Notes: a model not told the origin generated them from the letters alone. Shown: positions 27,512 to 39,721, numbered from the stretch's first letter. The stretch is DNA of 64,000 bases from an uncultured Chthonomonadaceae bacterium (GCA_963817895.1 CAWFQB010000001.1:960001-1024000), one strand, 5' to 3'. Numbers and translations are program-made.

Positions 27512-29068
27512 TTGAGTATTTTGGCGCGCCAGCCCGCTTCCTCCTTGTCTCCCCCTCTCCCCCTCTCCTTGTCTGTTATTGTTCCTTTACATGGCGGGCG
27601 GGCGGACTTGCGGCGGTGTCTGAACAGTTTGGAGGCGTGTCGGGAGTGGGTGTCTGAGGTCGTGATTGTGGACAATGCTTCGCCGGATGATGCGCTGGAA
27701 GAAGCGGCGGGGCGCGCGTGGGTGAAGGTCGTTCGCAATGAGGAGAACCGGGGATTTGCCGCTGCGTGTAATCAGGGCGCGGCGGCGAGTACGGGGGAAA
27801 TCCTCCTGTTCCTCAACAGCGACGTGGCGGTTCCTCCGGCGGGATTGGCGCGGCTGCTCGAAAGCCTGCGGGTTTCCGGTTCCATTGCCGCTGCCGGTCC
27901 GTATACCAACCGGGCGGGGCATGGGCAGCAGATCGCGCCCACTTACACCACGCTGGACACGCTGGATTTGTTCGCGCAGGACTTTGCCGGTCGGCAGGCA
28001 GTGGATGAAGATTGCGACATGCTGGTGGGCCTGTGTCTGGCGGTTCGGCGCAGCGCGTTTGTGGAAGTGGGCGGATGGGACGAGCGGTTCGGGTTGGGGC
28101 TGTTTGAAGACAACGACCTGTGTTACCGATTGCGGCGGGCGGGCTATAGGTTGGCGCGCTCCGGGCGCAGTTTCGTACATCACGGCGGTTCGCAGACTTT
28201 CCAACGCCTGAACCTGGACGTGGCCGCCCTCCTGCGCCACAACGAGCGCCTGTACCGGCAAAAGTGGCAGGAGGATATTGAATGTGGCTATGCTTCCCAC
28301 CTGTCCGGCTTATCCCCGGAACCTGTCCGCTTCGACCCGGCCCACCATCCCGCCATTCGCGCCCGCCGGATACGGGAACTGGCCCGCCGCGCCGACATAT
28401 CGCTGTGCATGATCGTCAAAGATGAGGAGCGCGTGTTGGGCGAGTGTCTGGCAAGCGCCCGCCCCTTCTTCCGCGAGATGATTGTTGTGGACACGGGTTC
28501 CACGGACAGAACGCAGGAGATCGCGCGGGAACACGGCGCAACGGTCTACGAGTTTCCCTGGACGGACAGTTTCAGCGAAGCCCGCAACGAGAGCCTGAAA
28601 TACGCGAAGGGCAAGTGGCTGTTCTGGATGGACGCCGACGACACCCTGCCGCCCGCCTCCGGCGAAGCCCTCCTTCATGCCGCCCTCCACGCCCCTGCCC
28701 ACATTGCCGGGTTCGTCGTGCCGGTGCAGTTCGTGGACGAGGGGCCAAGCAGGGACGGCGGCGCATCGGGAGCGGGCGGAACGCGGGTAGACCACGTCAA
28801 ACTCTTTCGCAATCTGTCCGGCCTGAAGTTCGAGGGGCGCATCCATGAGTAGATACTCGCGTCTTTGCGTCCGCATGGCGACATTGCCCGCTGTGCCGCC
28901 TTCGTGCTGCACTCCGGCTACGACACTTCGCCGGAAGGTCAGGCCAAAAAGCGACTTCGGGACGCCAAACTGCTGCAATTGGACTTGCAGGAACGCCCCG
29001 GCCATCCGTTCGTTTTGTTCAATTTAGGTACAATTTCTGCAAACACCGCATTTATTTCACTTATATAA
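27512..29068 (+). pseudogene. Double GT2 glycosyltransferase with an in-frame TAG and C-terminal truncation
   Basis: Two GT2 domains (SLCMIVKDEE, DADD). GRIHE is followed by TAG at 28850-28852, the frame continues ILASL..HSGYD..FVLFNLG, then breaks into AT-rich sequence. Confidence 0.8.
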
Positions 29069-29069
29069 C

Positions 29070-30029
29070 CTATTTTGTCACTCGCGGTTTTTGCGAAAGC
29101 GGCGCGTTCCTGACGATTTTTTTGGCGGCTATGTCATAACGACAGGTGGTTCTGCTGTTCCAGATCGCGTCGAAATGGTTTTGGTCTGCCTGATACAACG
29201 CGGGAGCCGAGTCCCGCGTGTACAGGATGTGCGGCAGGCTCGATCCCTTGTGGTCCCGCCGATGGCAGCCCTGACAGACGTACCCGTCCATGATGAGCAG
29301 CGTCATGGACGGCGTTGAGTCGTAAACACCCACCTCAAAATGCGCGCCGTTTTGTCGGCGGGAGGCCCGGTGAGAGATGTTATTCAATGAGTTCATGATA
29401 TTCTCATGAACGCTTTTCCGGGCTTCTTTCATTGCCGCTTTGATCTCGTCAGGGTCCTCCATTGCGGCCAACAGGCTGCTGTTCAGGTCTATTCCGCGAA
29501 GGGCCACATGGGGCGAAGCGGGATCGAGAAGGAGTATCCGCGTTTCGACCGAATACCCAATCGCTCTATCCACGAGCGGCTGAAGCAGGCTGTCGCTGAG
29601 GACGAGCCAGGTGCTTAAAAAACAGACCTGCTTCGCCTGCGCGATTCTTGCCATGCACTCCTCCATAGGAAAGAAGGGGCTGTATGTCAACATATTGGTT
29701 GTCACAGGCGGTGTGGGCGGAGGACGGTCTGATTCCCCGTTGTTATTTTGCTCCGCGTCTTTGCTGTCACAATACTCGCTGATAAGAGCCTCCACCCGCA
29801 GTCGAATATTCTCCGCCGATGGTTCCCCGCGCTCTTTCAGCGCCACCGCCAATGGCGTAAACAATCCCCTCAAATTAGAAGCAGCGCGAAACCACTGGCC
29901 TTTCAACATCCGTTGCAGGCTCGGCAGAGGAATTTTTGTTTCTGTGGCGATACTCGACGCGCCATACATCCCACACTTCTTGAACTCGCTCTTAAGTTCC
30001 TCGAGCTTGTCCGGCTTGATTCTCCACAT
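29070..30029 (-). CDS. HTH-like N-terminus plus DUF5919-like (PLD-like) domain protein
   Basis: SIATETKIPLPSLQRMLKG; RILLLDPASP, VYDSTP, HFDAIW. Confidence 0.65.
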   Translation of the reverse strand: MWRIKPDKLEELKSEFKKCGMYGASSIATETKIPLPSLQRMLKGQWFRAASNLRGLFTPLAVALKERGEPSAENIRLRVEALISEYCDSKDAEQNNNGESDRPPPTPPVTTNMLTYSPFFPMEECMARIAQAKQVCFLSTWLVLSDSLLQPLVDRAIGYSVETRILLLDPASPHVALRGIDLNSSLLAAMEDPDEIKAAMKEARKSVHENIMNSLNNISHRASRRQNGAHFEVGVYDSTPSMTLLIMDGYVCQGCHRRDHKGSSLPHILYTRDSAPALYQADQNHFDAIWNSRTTCRYDIAAKKIVRNAPLSQKPRVTK

Positions 30030-30291
30030 TACAAAACTTCCTTCCTCCACAATAAACAAGCCCCAATCGCCTCAATTATACCCATTCCGCTGTCCGCGTT
30101 GCTCACTCGCTGCCAGAGACTACCAGAGATTACAGGTGGCAGTGGTCTTGCCGGAACCCGGCGAAAAAGGCAGTAAAAAGCCGGAATCTGGTGTAATCTG
30201 TACTTGTCTCTCAGGACGCGTCCGGCGTACTCAGAGATTACGAAATTCTCTTCCTGCTCCAAACTCGCGGGCAATCAAGATGGGGGACGGC

Positions 30292-31395
30292 ATGAACATC
30301 AGCATACAGCGTTTCCGCGTTACCAAGCGTTATCCTCTCACCATTGCTCGCGGAACCAGCGCGGGATCGGAAAACCTGTTGGTGACGGTGGAACACGAGG
30401 GCATCACGGGTATGGGGGAAATGGCTCCCACGTCGGGCGGGCCGATACCGGAAACCTCAGACACGGCGCAGGCCGCTCTGGAACGCTGGCGTCCTGCCCT
30501 GCGCGACGTATCGCCCTGGAATATGGGCCGCGTGGAAACGCTGCTCAACGCGCAAGAGGGGGAACGGGCGGCCTTTTGCGCGCTGGACTGCGCCCTGCAC
30601 GACTGGCAGGCCAAAAGCGTCCCTCTGCCCGTCTGGAAACTGCTCGGCCTGAATCTTGATGGTATGCCGCCGACTTCGCTCACGGTGGGCATCAATCCGC
30701 CCCATGTGATTCGCGCTCGCGTTCCCCAAATCCTGATGCGTACCGGGGCCAGATTTCTGAAAGTGAAACTGGGCAATCCGGCGGGAGTGGAAGCGGACAA
30801 GGCCGCTTTCACCGCCGCGCAGACAGCCGCAGGGGAATACGCGCTTTTATGCGAAAGCGGGCCTGTCGGCTGGCGGGTGGACGCGAACGGCGGCTGGACA
30901 GTTGAGGACGCCAAACACATGCTTGGCTGGCTTGCCGAGCGGGGCGTCGAGTTTGTGGAGCAGCCCCTTCCGCGCGGACAGGAAGCGGATTTAGCCATTC
31001 TGCGCAAGAACGCGCCCCTTCCTGTCTACGTGGATGAGAGCGTTCGAACCGCCCGCGATATTCCCCCTCTTGCAAAGAACGTAGATGGCGTGAACCTCAA
31101 ACTGATGAAATGTGGCGGACTGCGCGAAGGATTGCGCATTATCCACACTGCCCGCGCGCATGGCCTGAAGGTAATGATCGGCTGCTTCTCAGAATCCAGT
31201 CTGGGAATAACCGCAGCAGCGCAATTGGGTTCGCTTGTAGACGCTCTTGATCTAGACAGCCATCTCAACCTGAATCCCGACCCGTTCGTTGGCGCGATCT
31301 ATGCCAACGGAATCGTCAGGCCAACCCACGCGCCCGGATTTGGCGTACAACCCGCGCTGCAAGCGCCCTGTAGTAAACCCGTATTGGAGGCGTAA
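30292..31395 (+). CDS. Dipeptide epimerase (L-Ala-D/L-Glu epimerase, enolase superfamily)
   Basis: KVKLG, VDANGGW, EQP, DES, KLMKCGG, DLD. Confidence 0.92.
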   Translation: MNISIQRFRVTKRYPLTIARGTSAGSENLLVTVEHEGITGMGEMAPTSGGPIPETSDTAQAALERWRPALRDVSPWNMGRVETLLNAQEGERAAFCALDCALHDWQAKSVPLPVWKLLGLNLDGMPPTSLTVGINPPHVIRARVPQILMRTGARFLKVKLGNPAGVEADKAAFTAAQTAAGEYALLCESGPVGWRVDANGGWTVEDAKHMLGWLAERGVEFVEQPLPRGQEADLAILRKNAPLPVYVDESVRTARDIPPLAKNVDGVNLKLMKCGGLREGLRIIHTARAHGLKVMIGCFSESSLGITAAAQLGSLVDALDLDSHLNLNPDPFVGAIYANGIVRPTHAPGFGVQPALQAPCSKPVLEA

Positions 31396-31474
31396 GCCAC
31401 CCGTCTTCCTTTTCTTTGTGATACGGTAACAATCTCCACCTGTACGACAGGCAGGCATAAGGAACACAATTATA

Positions 31475-32560
31475 ATGAACGATCCAACATCCAACACGCA
31501 ACTCGCTAACCTCAACTCGTGCCGCCTCGCCCTGCTGATGCACGACAACACCACCGGTAAGTTTGGCAAAATGGGGTTGGGATTGCTGCGCTACAGCGAA
31601 GCCGCCATTCCCGCGATTATTGACCGCCAGCACGCGGGGAAGAGTGTGCGCGACGTGACCAACATTCCCCGCTCCGTCCCCATTGTGGCAACGGTGGAAG
31701 AGGCCATCGCGTTGGGCGCGGACACGCTTGTTCCGGGTATCGCCCCGGCGGGCGGCGTCTTGCCGCCGGAATGGCGGCAGGAAATCAAAACCGGGTTGGG
31801 CGAAGGCCTGAACCTCGTCAATGGCCTGCACCAGCGCATGGAAACCGATCCCGAACTGCTGGCCCTGCTGCGGCCCGGACGCTGGATATGGGACGTTCGG
31901 GTGGAACCGCAGAACCTGCCCAATGGCAGCGGCGCGGCCCGAACCCTGCCCTGCAAGCGCGTTTTGACCGTAGGCACGGACATGGCGATAGGCAAAATGA
32001 CCGCCAGTTTGGAGATGGATCGGGAAGCGAAACGGCGCGGCCTGCGCTCCAGGTTTCTGGCGACCGGGCAGATCGGCATTTGCATCACCGGGGATCGAAC
32101 ATTCGCTTCCGGTGTCGCGCTTGACGCGGTGCGGGTGGATTTCGCGTCCGGGGCAGTGGAGTCTATCGTGATGCGCAATGGACACGACCACGATATTCTG
32201 CATGTGGAGGGGCAGGGTTCTTTATTGCATCCCGCTTCCACCGCATGGCTTCCGCTGATACGGGGCGCGTGTCCCACCCATCTTATTCTCACGCATCGGG
32301 CCGGACAACAGGGGCTGTCCCGCTACCCGGACATTGCCATTCCGCCCCTTCCCCTCGTGTGCCAACTGTATGAGACAGTCTGCGCGGGGGGAGGCATACA
32401 GCCGCCCGCCCGCGTGGTCGGTATCGCGCTCAACTGCGGGCATCTCAACGACGCGGAGGCAGAACGCGCCGTGCAGCAAACGCAGGCGGAAACCGGCCTG
32501 CCGACCGTAGATGTGGTGCGGCAGGGGGCGGGATTGCTGCTGGACGCGATTCAGGCATGA
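31475..32560 (+). CDS. DUF1611 family P-loop protein (DgcN-like)
   Basis: VGTDMAIGKMT, ATGQIGI, VEGQGSLLHP. Confidence 0.92.
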   Translation: MNDPTSNTQLANLNSCRLALLMHDNTTGKFGKMGLGLLRYSEAAIPAIIDRQHAGKSVRDVTNIPRSVPIVATVEEAIALGADTLVPGIAPAGGVLPPEWRQEIKTGLGEGLNLVNGLHQRMETDPELLALLRPGRWIWDVRVEPQNLPNGSGAARTLPCKRVLTVGTDMAIGKMTASLEMDREAKRRGLRSRFLATGQIGICITGDRTFASGVALDAVRVDFASGAVESIVMRNGHDHDILHVEGQGSLLHPASTAWLPLIRGACPTHLILTHRAGQQGLSRYPDIAIPPLPLVCQLYETVCAGGGIQPPARVVGIALNCGHLNDAEAERAVQQTQAETGLPTVDVVRQGAGLLLDAIQA

Positions 32561-32611
32561 AGGCTATTCTCACAGGCCAACAACATCAATGCGAAGAAAC
32601 AGGGAGGACAC

Positions 32612-32965
32612 ATGAACAGCGTAAGAGAACAGGCGCATGAACTATGGGACGTGGACGAAATCAAGCGGCACATGCTTTCGGAGGGCAGGCTGTCACCCCG
32701 GTTTCATTTGTATCCGGGGGCGGCCTCCTGCGCGATTCGCATTATCTTTTTCGCGAAGGGAACCCAACTGCCGGACCACTTTCACGATAAGGGGCCAATC
32801 TACAAGCTGGTTCTGGCGGGTCATATCCGCTACGACGATGACCAGGAGTTTCTGCCCGGAACGCTGGCGATTTTGCCGCCGGAGAAACCCTATCGCGCCG
32901 AGGCGATGGAAGATACGTACATGCTCCTGATAGAACCGGGGGATGCCAGACTGGTAAACGTATGA
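32612..32965 (+). CDS. Cupin domain protein
   Basis: LPDHFH, VLAGHI, PGTLAILPPE.PY. Confidence 0.7.
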   Translation: MNSVREQAHELWDVDEIKRHMLSEGRLSPRFHLYPGAASCAIRIIFFAKGTQLPDHFHDKGPIYKLVLAGHIRYDDDQEFLPGTLAILPPEKPYRAEAMEDTYMLLIEPGDARLVNV

Positions 32966-33042
32966 GGCTGCCGGACACAAGACCAACATGAGAAGCATGA
33001 AAAGATCGTATCGTAACACGAACCGGAAAGGACTATCGCAGA

Positions 33043-33919
33043 ATGTCGAACACCCTGTATTCTTTGTATCCCTCACCCTTCCATCAGGAGGAGGCGCTTG
33101 CGGTTTGCGAGGAGGAACTGAAAGTTTGCCGCGCTTCCAACAACCGCGCGGGCGAGGCAGAGGCGCTTAACAGTCTGGGCGTTGTGTACACAACACAGGG
33201 GCATTATGACGAGGCGGCCAGGGCAACTCAAGAGAGCCTTGCCATTTTCCGCAAGTGCGGGAACCGCGCCGGTGAGGGGCAAGCGCTTGGCAATATGGGA
33301 ACTCTGTACCAACTGTTGGGACGCCATGAGGAGGCGATTACGGTTCTGGAACAGAGTCTGCGCATCCGGCGCGAACTTCAAGACCGGGCCGGCGAAGGGG
33401 ACGCGCTCTACACAATGGGTATCTCTTGCGCCGCGCAGGGCCGCTATGACGAGGCAATCGCGGCCTATCAGCAGAAGTCTTGCCATTCAGCGGGCCACCA
33501 ACAATCGCATGGGCGAGGGCAACACGCTTACCTATCTGGGCAGCGCGTACCGAGTATTGGGCCACTATGACGAGGCGATAGCCACATATCAGCAGAGCCT
33601 TGCCATCAGCCGCGAAATCAATAACCGGGTTGGAGAAGGCCACGCGATTGGCAATCTGGGCAATGTATACACGGGGCAGGGCCGCTATGACGAGGCGATA
33701 GCCGCTTACGGGCAGAGCCTTGCCATCAAGCGGGAGTGCAAGGATCATATCGGGGAGGGGCAGACGCTCATAAATCTCGCGGCGGTACAGAATGCGCAGG
33801 GGCAGGCGGCGCAGGCGCTCGCTTATGCGCGACAGGCCGTAGAGGTACTGGCGACCACGCCCTCACAAAGAGATTTACAGAACGCGCAGAACCTGTTGGC
33901 GCAACTGCAAGGCGGCTAA
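33043..33919 (+). CDS. Tetratricopeptide repeat protein (one frameshift at ~33475)
   Basis: 40-aa repeats GEG.AL..LG..Y...G.YDEA....QSLAI; an extra A relative to sister repeats. Confidence 0.85.
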
Positions 33920-33938
33920 GAAGCCCTTCCCATCAGGT

Positions 33939-33967
33939 TCCTCTTCTCCCAACTCTGGGAGAAGGGG
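33939..33967. repeat. Short CTCCC/GGGAG hairpin
   Basis: cctcttctccca-actc-tgggagaagggg; similar to 7376-7400. Confidence 0.5.
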
Positions 33968-34228
33968 CTATGTCCACAAGTGGACGCCATCTACATGAAG
34001 GCTAAATGGATTGCCTACCACTCCTGCCCGCGTTGTACAATCTCCTCGCCGCTGAAATCGTGAATGTCCCATTGTCTCACGCTGCTCCTTTCCAAAACAA
34101 ACGTATCGGTTTTCGGCGGAAATGTGCTTTCATTATAGCATGACGCAGCCGCTGCCAATTCGTCTGTGCCGACGGCCTGCAAGAGCGAACCGCTGCTGCA
34201 TCAACACTCACTGCGAGGAGATACGCAT

Positions 34229-37076
34229 TTGAAATCACGGACTGCGACGCTGCTGCCGGGGCTGCTGTTGTGCCTGGCGTGTTTCTGCGCCCCGGCGTGG
34301 AGCAAAGGACAGGGCAAAATGGAATGTGAAAGCATCGCGCGACCCCGTTTTCATTTTGACGGCCTGCTCGGACAGCGCATCGAAGCCAACGAAACAAACT
34401 GGCTGCTGCGCGCCCCGCGTGACAATCCCGGCCTGCTTGATATGTTCCGGGTTCGGGACCGAAAGCCGGAACCCGATCTGGTTCCCTGGGCGGGCGAGTT
34501 CGTCGGTAAATATCTGATGTCGGCGATTCAGGCGCTGCGCATGTCCGACAATCCGCAATTGCGACGTTCAGACAAAGCAGATTGTGGCCGACCTGATCGC
34601 GACGCAGGCCGAAGACGGCTACATGGGGCCGTTTCCCCGCGCCGTCCGCCTGAAAGCGAATTGGGATTTGTGGGGACACTATCACTGCCTGCTGGCCCTG
34701 CTGATGTGGCACGAGGATACGGGCGACGCGGCTGCGCTGGCTTCGGCCCGCAAAATCGGCGACCTGATTTGCAGTACGTTTCTCCACACCAACCTGCGCA
34801 TACGCGACGCCGGTTCTCCCGAAATGAATATGGCGGTCATTCACGGATTGGGCGTTTTGTATCGGCATACGAACGAACCCCGCTATCTTGCCATGATGCG
34901 CGAAATCGAAACGGATTGGGAAACGGCGGGCGATTATTTGCGGCAGGGGATCGCGGGCGGTTCCATTTTACCAGACGCCGCGCCCGCGCTGGGAAAGCCT
35001 GCACGATCTACAGGGACTGGTGGAACTGTACCGGATTACGGGCGACGCGAAGTATAGGCTGGCGTTTGAAAACCTGTGGCGCAGCATTTTGCGCTGGGAT
35101 CGGCACAACACGGGCGCGTTCTCTACCGGGCGAAGGCGCGATCGGCAATCCCTACGCTCCCGGCGCGATTGAAACCTGCTGCACAATCGCCTGGATGGCG
35201 ATTACGCTGGATATGCTGCGGCTGACCGGCGATTCCCGCGTGGCCGACGAACTGGAATTGTCTACCTGGAACGCCTGCCTGGGCGCGCAGCATCCGAACG
35301 GCGAGTGGTGGACGTATGACACGCCCATGGCCGGAACCCGCATTCCCTCCTACAAAGCCATTGCGTTTCAGGCGCGTCCCGGTACGCCCGAACTCAACTG
35401 CTGCTCCGTGAACGGCCCGCGCGGATTGGGGATGCTGACCGAATGGGCGGTTATGCGCGATACAAACGGCCTGATCGTCAACTTCTACGGCCCCGGCTCG
35501 TTTCGAGGCAAACTGCCGGATGAAACGCCTGTTAGAATTGAAATGGGAAACCGGATACCCGCGCAGCGGAGTTGTACGCCTGCATGTTTCTCCTTCACAT
35601 CCGCATCGGTTTGCCCTGAAATTACGTATTCCCGCGTGGTCGCAGGAAACGTACGTAACAGTAAACCACAAAGCCGCCACAGGCAAGCGGATCGTGCCGG
35701 GGCGTTATCTCACGCTGCTAAACGAATGGAAGACCGGCGATGTAATCACGCTGAACTTCGACATGCGCCTGCGGATTGTCCCCGGAGCGCGCGAGGCGGC
35801 GAAGCATGTGTCACTCTATCGCGGCCCGCTTCTGCTTGCGTATGACACGCGCGACAACCACACCCCCATTGCGCAAATGCCTGCCCTGCAACCCTCATTT
35901 GAAAACGGGAATAGCCCCTCTTCAGGTAAGAAACGAGCCGCGAACGCGAGGCCGAGTTTGCGCAGGGGAGGAGTTGGGATGAGGTATCCACAAGACGCAG
36001 ACGCTTTGCTGCGTGTCGCTTGTCCCGCCGCGAATGGGCAGACGGTAATGTTGCGCGATTATGCGGGCGCGGGCGCGACGGGAACCGAGTACGCTTCATG
36101 GCTGCCCGCGCGGGACGCCCCGCCCGCGCCTTCCGAAGCCAAAACGCCCCCGGACGGTTCCACAATTGCGCCCGGTAAAATGCTGTTTCAATGGACTGCG
36201 CCCAAACCGCCCCTTCCCAACTGCTCGTATGCAATCGTTGTTTCGGAAAGCGAAGATTTTGCCCATCCTGTATGGAAGAAAGAGGGGTTGCGCGAGGCGA
36301 GGCTTGTCGTGGAAGCGGCAGAACTGCCCGCGTGGAAACTGAACCACTGGTACTATTGGAAAGTAATCGTCACCGCAAACCCGGGAGGAGTTTCGACAAC
36401 AACGGAAAGCGTTTTGCCGCCTGCCCGGTTCCGCGTGGATACCTCCCTGCCCCCATTACCGGAGAGTTTCTTTGCGCCCAAACCGCGCCGTGACCTGCTG
36501 ATTCAGGACGCCTTACGCGGCAAGTCCGCGCCCGGCATCGGCAGTGTACAGACGGTCGAGAGGTACGCTTCCGCACCCGGCCCGAAGGATGAGCCGAACG
36601 GCGCGGTTGACCTGAACGGCGTTTCCGACATACTGCGCTACAACATTGGCGCGTTCCCCGAAGAAGATTATTCCGCGCGCCTTGCCGTTCGCGTGGCGAA
36701 ATTGCCGACGGGATTGGGGCAGGTGTGCAGCGCGTGGGCCGTGTCGCAGGATGACCCGCTGCGTATCTGCGTGGAAAACGGCAAACTGTTCGCGCGCATG
36801 GAAGCGGGCGGCAACGGCTTTTCAACGGAAGGCGTTCCTGTACAACTAAATACGTGGATGCGCGTTGCTGTCGTGAAAGAGGAATCCACGCTCACTCTGT
36901 ATGTGGACGGGGTTATTCGCGGAGTGTGCCATGTGCCTGTAACGGTTCACTCAACGGCAAAAGACATCGCATTGGGCGGCAATCCGCACTTTGGGGGCAA
37001 AGAGTTTCTTGCCATTCGCGTGTCGGATTTTCGTTTTTACGGGCGGGCGCTTTCGCCACAGGAAGCACAGCGTTAG
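34229..37076 (+). CDS. Secreted GH127/GH146-like beta-L-arabinofuranosidase with C-terminal LamG domain (about 4 frameshifts)
   Basis: [39 protein letters not shown]; frame switches at ~34575, ~34960, ~35128, ~35546. Confidence 0.85.
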
Positions 37077-37293
37077 GCACATGGCTGAATCGGCAAATTT
37101 TGCGCGCAGAACGCGATTTTAGCGCGTGAATAGGGTATATCAAAGGGTATACAGAAGGTTTTCAGGCAGAGGAAACAGGCGTCTACATGAGAAGCAGGGG
37201 CCGCAGCGTAGTACAAAAGGCTGGTTCTCTTTGTTTGGGTTAATATGTCATAATTGACAGTTGGAAAGCCGTTTCAGGAGAAGTTGAAATTTC

Positions 37294-38337
37294 ATGAATA
37301 TAATACGCGGTCTGCTGGGGCGATACTCCCGCGATATGGGCATTGACCTCGGCACCGCCAATACTCTGGTTCATGTGCGTGGACGAGGGATTTTGCTGCG
37401 CGAACCCTCTGTGGTCGCCATCGAAAAAGATAACCATTCCAAAGTGCTGGCGGTGGGCGAAGAGGCGAAACGGATGCTGGGGCGAACACCCGGCAACATT
37501 ATCGCCATTCGTCCGCTCCGCGACGGCGTGATTGCCGACTTCGAGCAGACCGAAGCCATGATTCGCCGCTTCATTGAAAAAGTGCATCGGCGCAACTATC
37601 TGATTGCGCCGCGCATCGTCGTCGGTGTGCCCTCCGGCGTTACGGAAGTGGAAGAGCGGGCTGTCACCGAAGCAACGCGCAAAGCGGGCGCAAAAGAGGC
37701 GTACACCATTGAAGAGCCGATGGCGGCCGCCATCGGCGCGGGCCTGCCTGTCTCGGAACCGACCGGCAGCATGATTGTGGACATCGGGGGCGGCACGACG
37801 GAAGTGGCGGTTATCTCGCTTGGAGGTATCGTCACGAGCCGTTCGATTCGCATTGCCGGGGATGAAATAGACGAGGCCATTGTTAATTACGTGCGCCGCA
37901 CCTATAATTTGTATATCGGCGACCGCACGGCGGAGCAGGCCAAATTCGAGGTTGGCTCCGCGTATCCTGTCGGCCCGGAACGCACAATGGACGTGCGCGG
38001 GCGCGACCTGATTTCCGGCCTGCCGCGCTGCACGACGATTACCAGCAGCGAAATCCGCGAAGCCATTCAAGACCCCATCAACAGCATCGTGGAGGCCGTG
38101 AAAGTGACGCTGGAGAGTACGCCGCCGGAACTGGCAGCCGACATTTACGAGCGCGGCATCGTCCTTGCCGGCGGCGGCGCACTGCTGGAGGGTCTGGATC
38201 ATCTGCTGTCGCGCGAAACCTCTATGCCCGTTCACATCGCGCCCGACCCGCTCTCCTGCGTGGTACTGGGAACCGGCAAAGTGCTGGAAGAGATTGATAC
38301 CAACGCGATGCTGCGTAAAGTGCTGAGAAGTAGGTAG
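37294..38337 (+). CDS. mreB: Rod shape-determining protein MreB
   Basis: [22 protein letters not shown]. Confidence 0.98.
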   Translation: MNIIRGLLGRYSRDMGIDLGTANTLVHVRGRGILLREPSVVAIEKDNHSKVLAVGEEAKRMLGRTPGNIIAIRPLRDGVIADFEQTEAMIRRFIEKVHRRNYLIAPRIVVGVPSGVTEVEERAVTEATRKAGAKEAYTIEEPMAAAIGAGLPVSEPTGSMIVDIGGGTTEVAVISLGGIVTSRSIRIAGDEIDEAIVNYVRRTYNLYIGDRTAEQAKFEVGSAYPVGPERTMDVRGRDLISGLPRCTTITSSEIREAIQDPINSIVEAVKVTLESTPPELAADIYERGIVLAGGGALLEGLDHLLSRETSMPVHIAPDPLSCVVLGTGKVLEEIDTNAMLRKVLRSR

Positions 38338-38342
38338 ACGCC

Positions 38343-39209
38343 ATGCGCCCACAACGAGCGCCACACGCCCGGCGGTATTGGGCGGCTCTGATATTTCTCA
38401 TGTCGGGAACCCTGGCGGGCGCGTGGCACAATCGCAGCGCGGATCAGGGCAGGCCGGACGTCGTCAGCGGCGCGGTCAGAACCGTGGTGGCTCCTCCGGC
38501 GCGGGGCGTGGGGAGTGTGTCGCGCTGGTTCAGCGATCAGACGGGCTGGCTGCTGCATGGCCGCGCCCTGAGCGCGGAAAACGAGAAACTGCGTCTGCGC
38601 GTGGCGGAACTGGAGGGGCAAAACGCCGAGTATGTGGAGGCGCAGCGCCAGAACGAGCAACTGCGGCAGGATTTGAAGTTTGTGCAAAGCCAGAAACACG
38701 AGTTACTCTCCGCCGATGTGATCGCGCGGCGTCCCGATCCCAATTTCGATACCATTCTGATTTCGCGCGGCAGCCGCGACGGGGTAAAGATCAACAGCAT
38801 TGCCCGGACGCGCAACGGATTAGTCGGCAAAGTTTCGGAAGTGTCTCTCACGACTGCCACCGTGATTTTGCTGACCGACCCGAACGGCGGCGTGGGCGCG
38901 CGGGCGCAGCGCGCGGCTTCCAACGCGATTGGCGTTTGTAAAGGCGACTACTCCCCCCTGATTCCCCTGCTCGATCTGGCCGGTGACGCCGACATCAAAC
39001 CCGGCGATGTGATTGTCACGTCCGGCTTCAGTACGGTTGCGCCGGGTGGAACCAAAACCAACCCCAATGTGCTGCAAACCTACCCCAAAGGCATTCCCAT
39101 CGGCACGGTTGTCAGCGTAAAAGGAGAAGAGGGCAGCGTCAGTAAAATCGCCACCATTCGTCCGGGCGTGGACTTCGACCGCCTTGAAACGGTATTCGTG
39201 CTGCCGTGA
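38343..39209 (+). CDS. mreC: Rod shape-determining protein MreC
   Basis: TM plus coiled coil, GLVGKV, GD.IVTSG, YPKGIPIG. Confidence 0.94.
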   Translation: MRPQRAPHARRYWAALIFLMSGTLAGAWHNRSADQGRPDVVSGAVRTVVAPPARGVGSVSRWFSDQTGWLLHGRALSAENEKLRLRVAELEGQNAEYVEAQRQNEQLRQDLKFVQSQKHELLSADVIARRPDPNFDTILISRGSRDGVKINSIARTRNGLVGKVSEVSLTTATVILLTDPNGGVGARAQRAASNAIGVCKGDYSPLIPLLDLAGDADIKPGDVIVTSGFSTVAPGGTKTNPNVLQTYPKGIPIGTVVSVKGEEGSVSKIATIRPGVDFDRLETVFVLP

Positions 39210-39721
39210 CCCCATCCGCCCGCCGCGCGCTCGGCCTGAGCGTGGCCGTATTCCTCGCCGTGATTGCGCAGGCGGTTTGGGCTAACGCGCTGCACATCCG
39301 GGGCGCGCAGCCCGACTTTCTGACGGCAACCGCCATTATCTGCGCCCTGTTTTGCGACGCCAATGGCGGCGCGGGAATCGGGTTTGTGTGCGGCCTGCTG
39401 CTCGCGTCGCTTGCCGCCCCTCCGCATGGCGGTTTCGGCAGTCTGATTGTCAGCCGGGTTCTGGTCGGTTTCGGCGCGGGCTGGCTGGAAGAGCGTGTCG
39501 AGCGCGACAACCCCCTGCTTGCAATCGGACTGGTCACGGCGGGAACCGCGCTTGCCGGCTGCCTGTTTTTCCTCTTCGCGCCGCAACACGCCATCGGCCA
39601 CTGGGCGCGCGGCATGATGCTGACCACGCTCTACAATGCCGTTCTCGCCCTCCCCCTCTATTTCCTCATTCGCTGGCTGGCCGGAAAACCGGAAGATTCA
39701 ACCCGAAAAACCTACAAATAA
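39206..39721 (+). CDS. mreD: Rod shape-determining protein MreD
   Basis: Hydrophobic, QPDFL motif, follows mreC. Confidence 0.85.
   Translation: MTPSARRALGLSVAVFLAVIAQAVWANALHIRGAQPDFLTATAIICALFCDANGGAGIGFVCGLLLASLAAPPHGGFGSLIVSRVLVGFGAGWLEERVERDNPLLAIGLVTAGTALAGCLFFLFAPQHAIGHWARGMMLTTLYNAVLALPLYFLIRWLAGKPEDSTRKTYK

Noticed and set aside
28850..28852. In-frame TAG as pyrrolysine or recoding
   Set aside because: TAG is a normal stop elsewhere (fliF, fliG, mreB), Gln is expected here, and the gene is also truncated.
29611..30291. 594-aa version of the epimerase
   Set aside because: The N-terminal part is antisense to the 29070-30029 gene; homology starts at ATG 30292.
33470..35550. Programmed frameshifting or phase variation
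   Set aside because: No slippery heptamers or long homopolymers; too many clustered indels.
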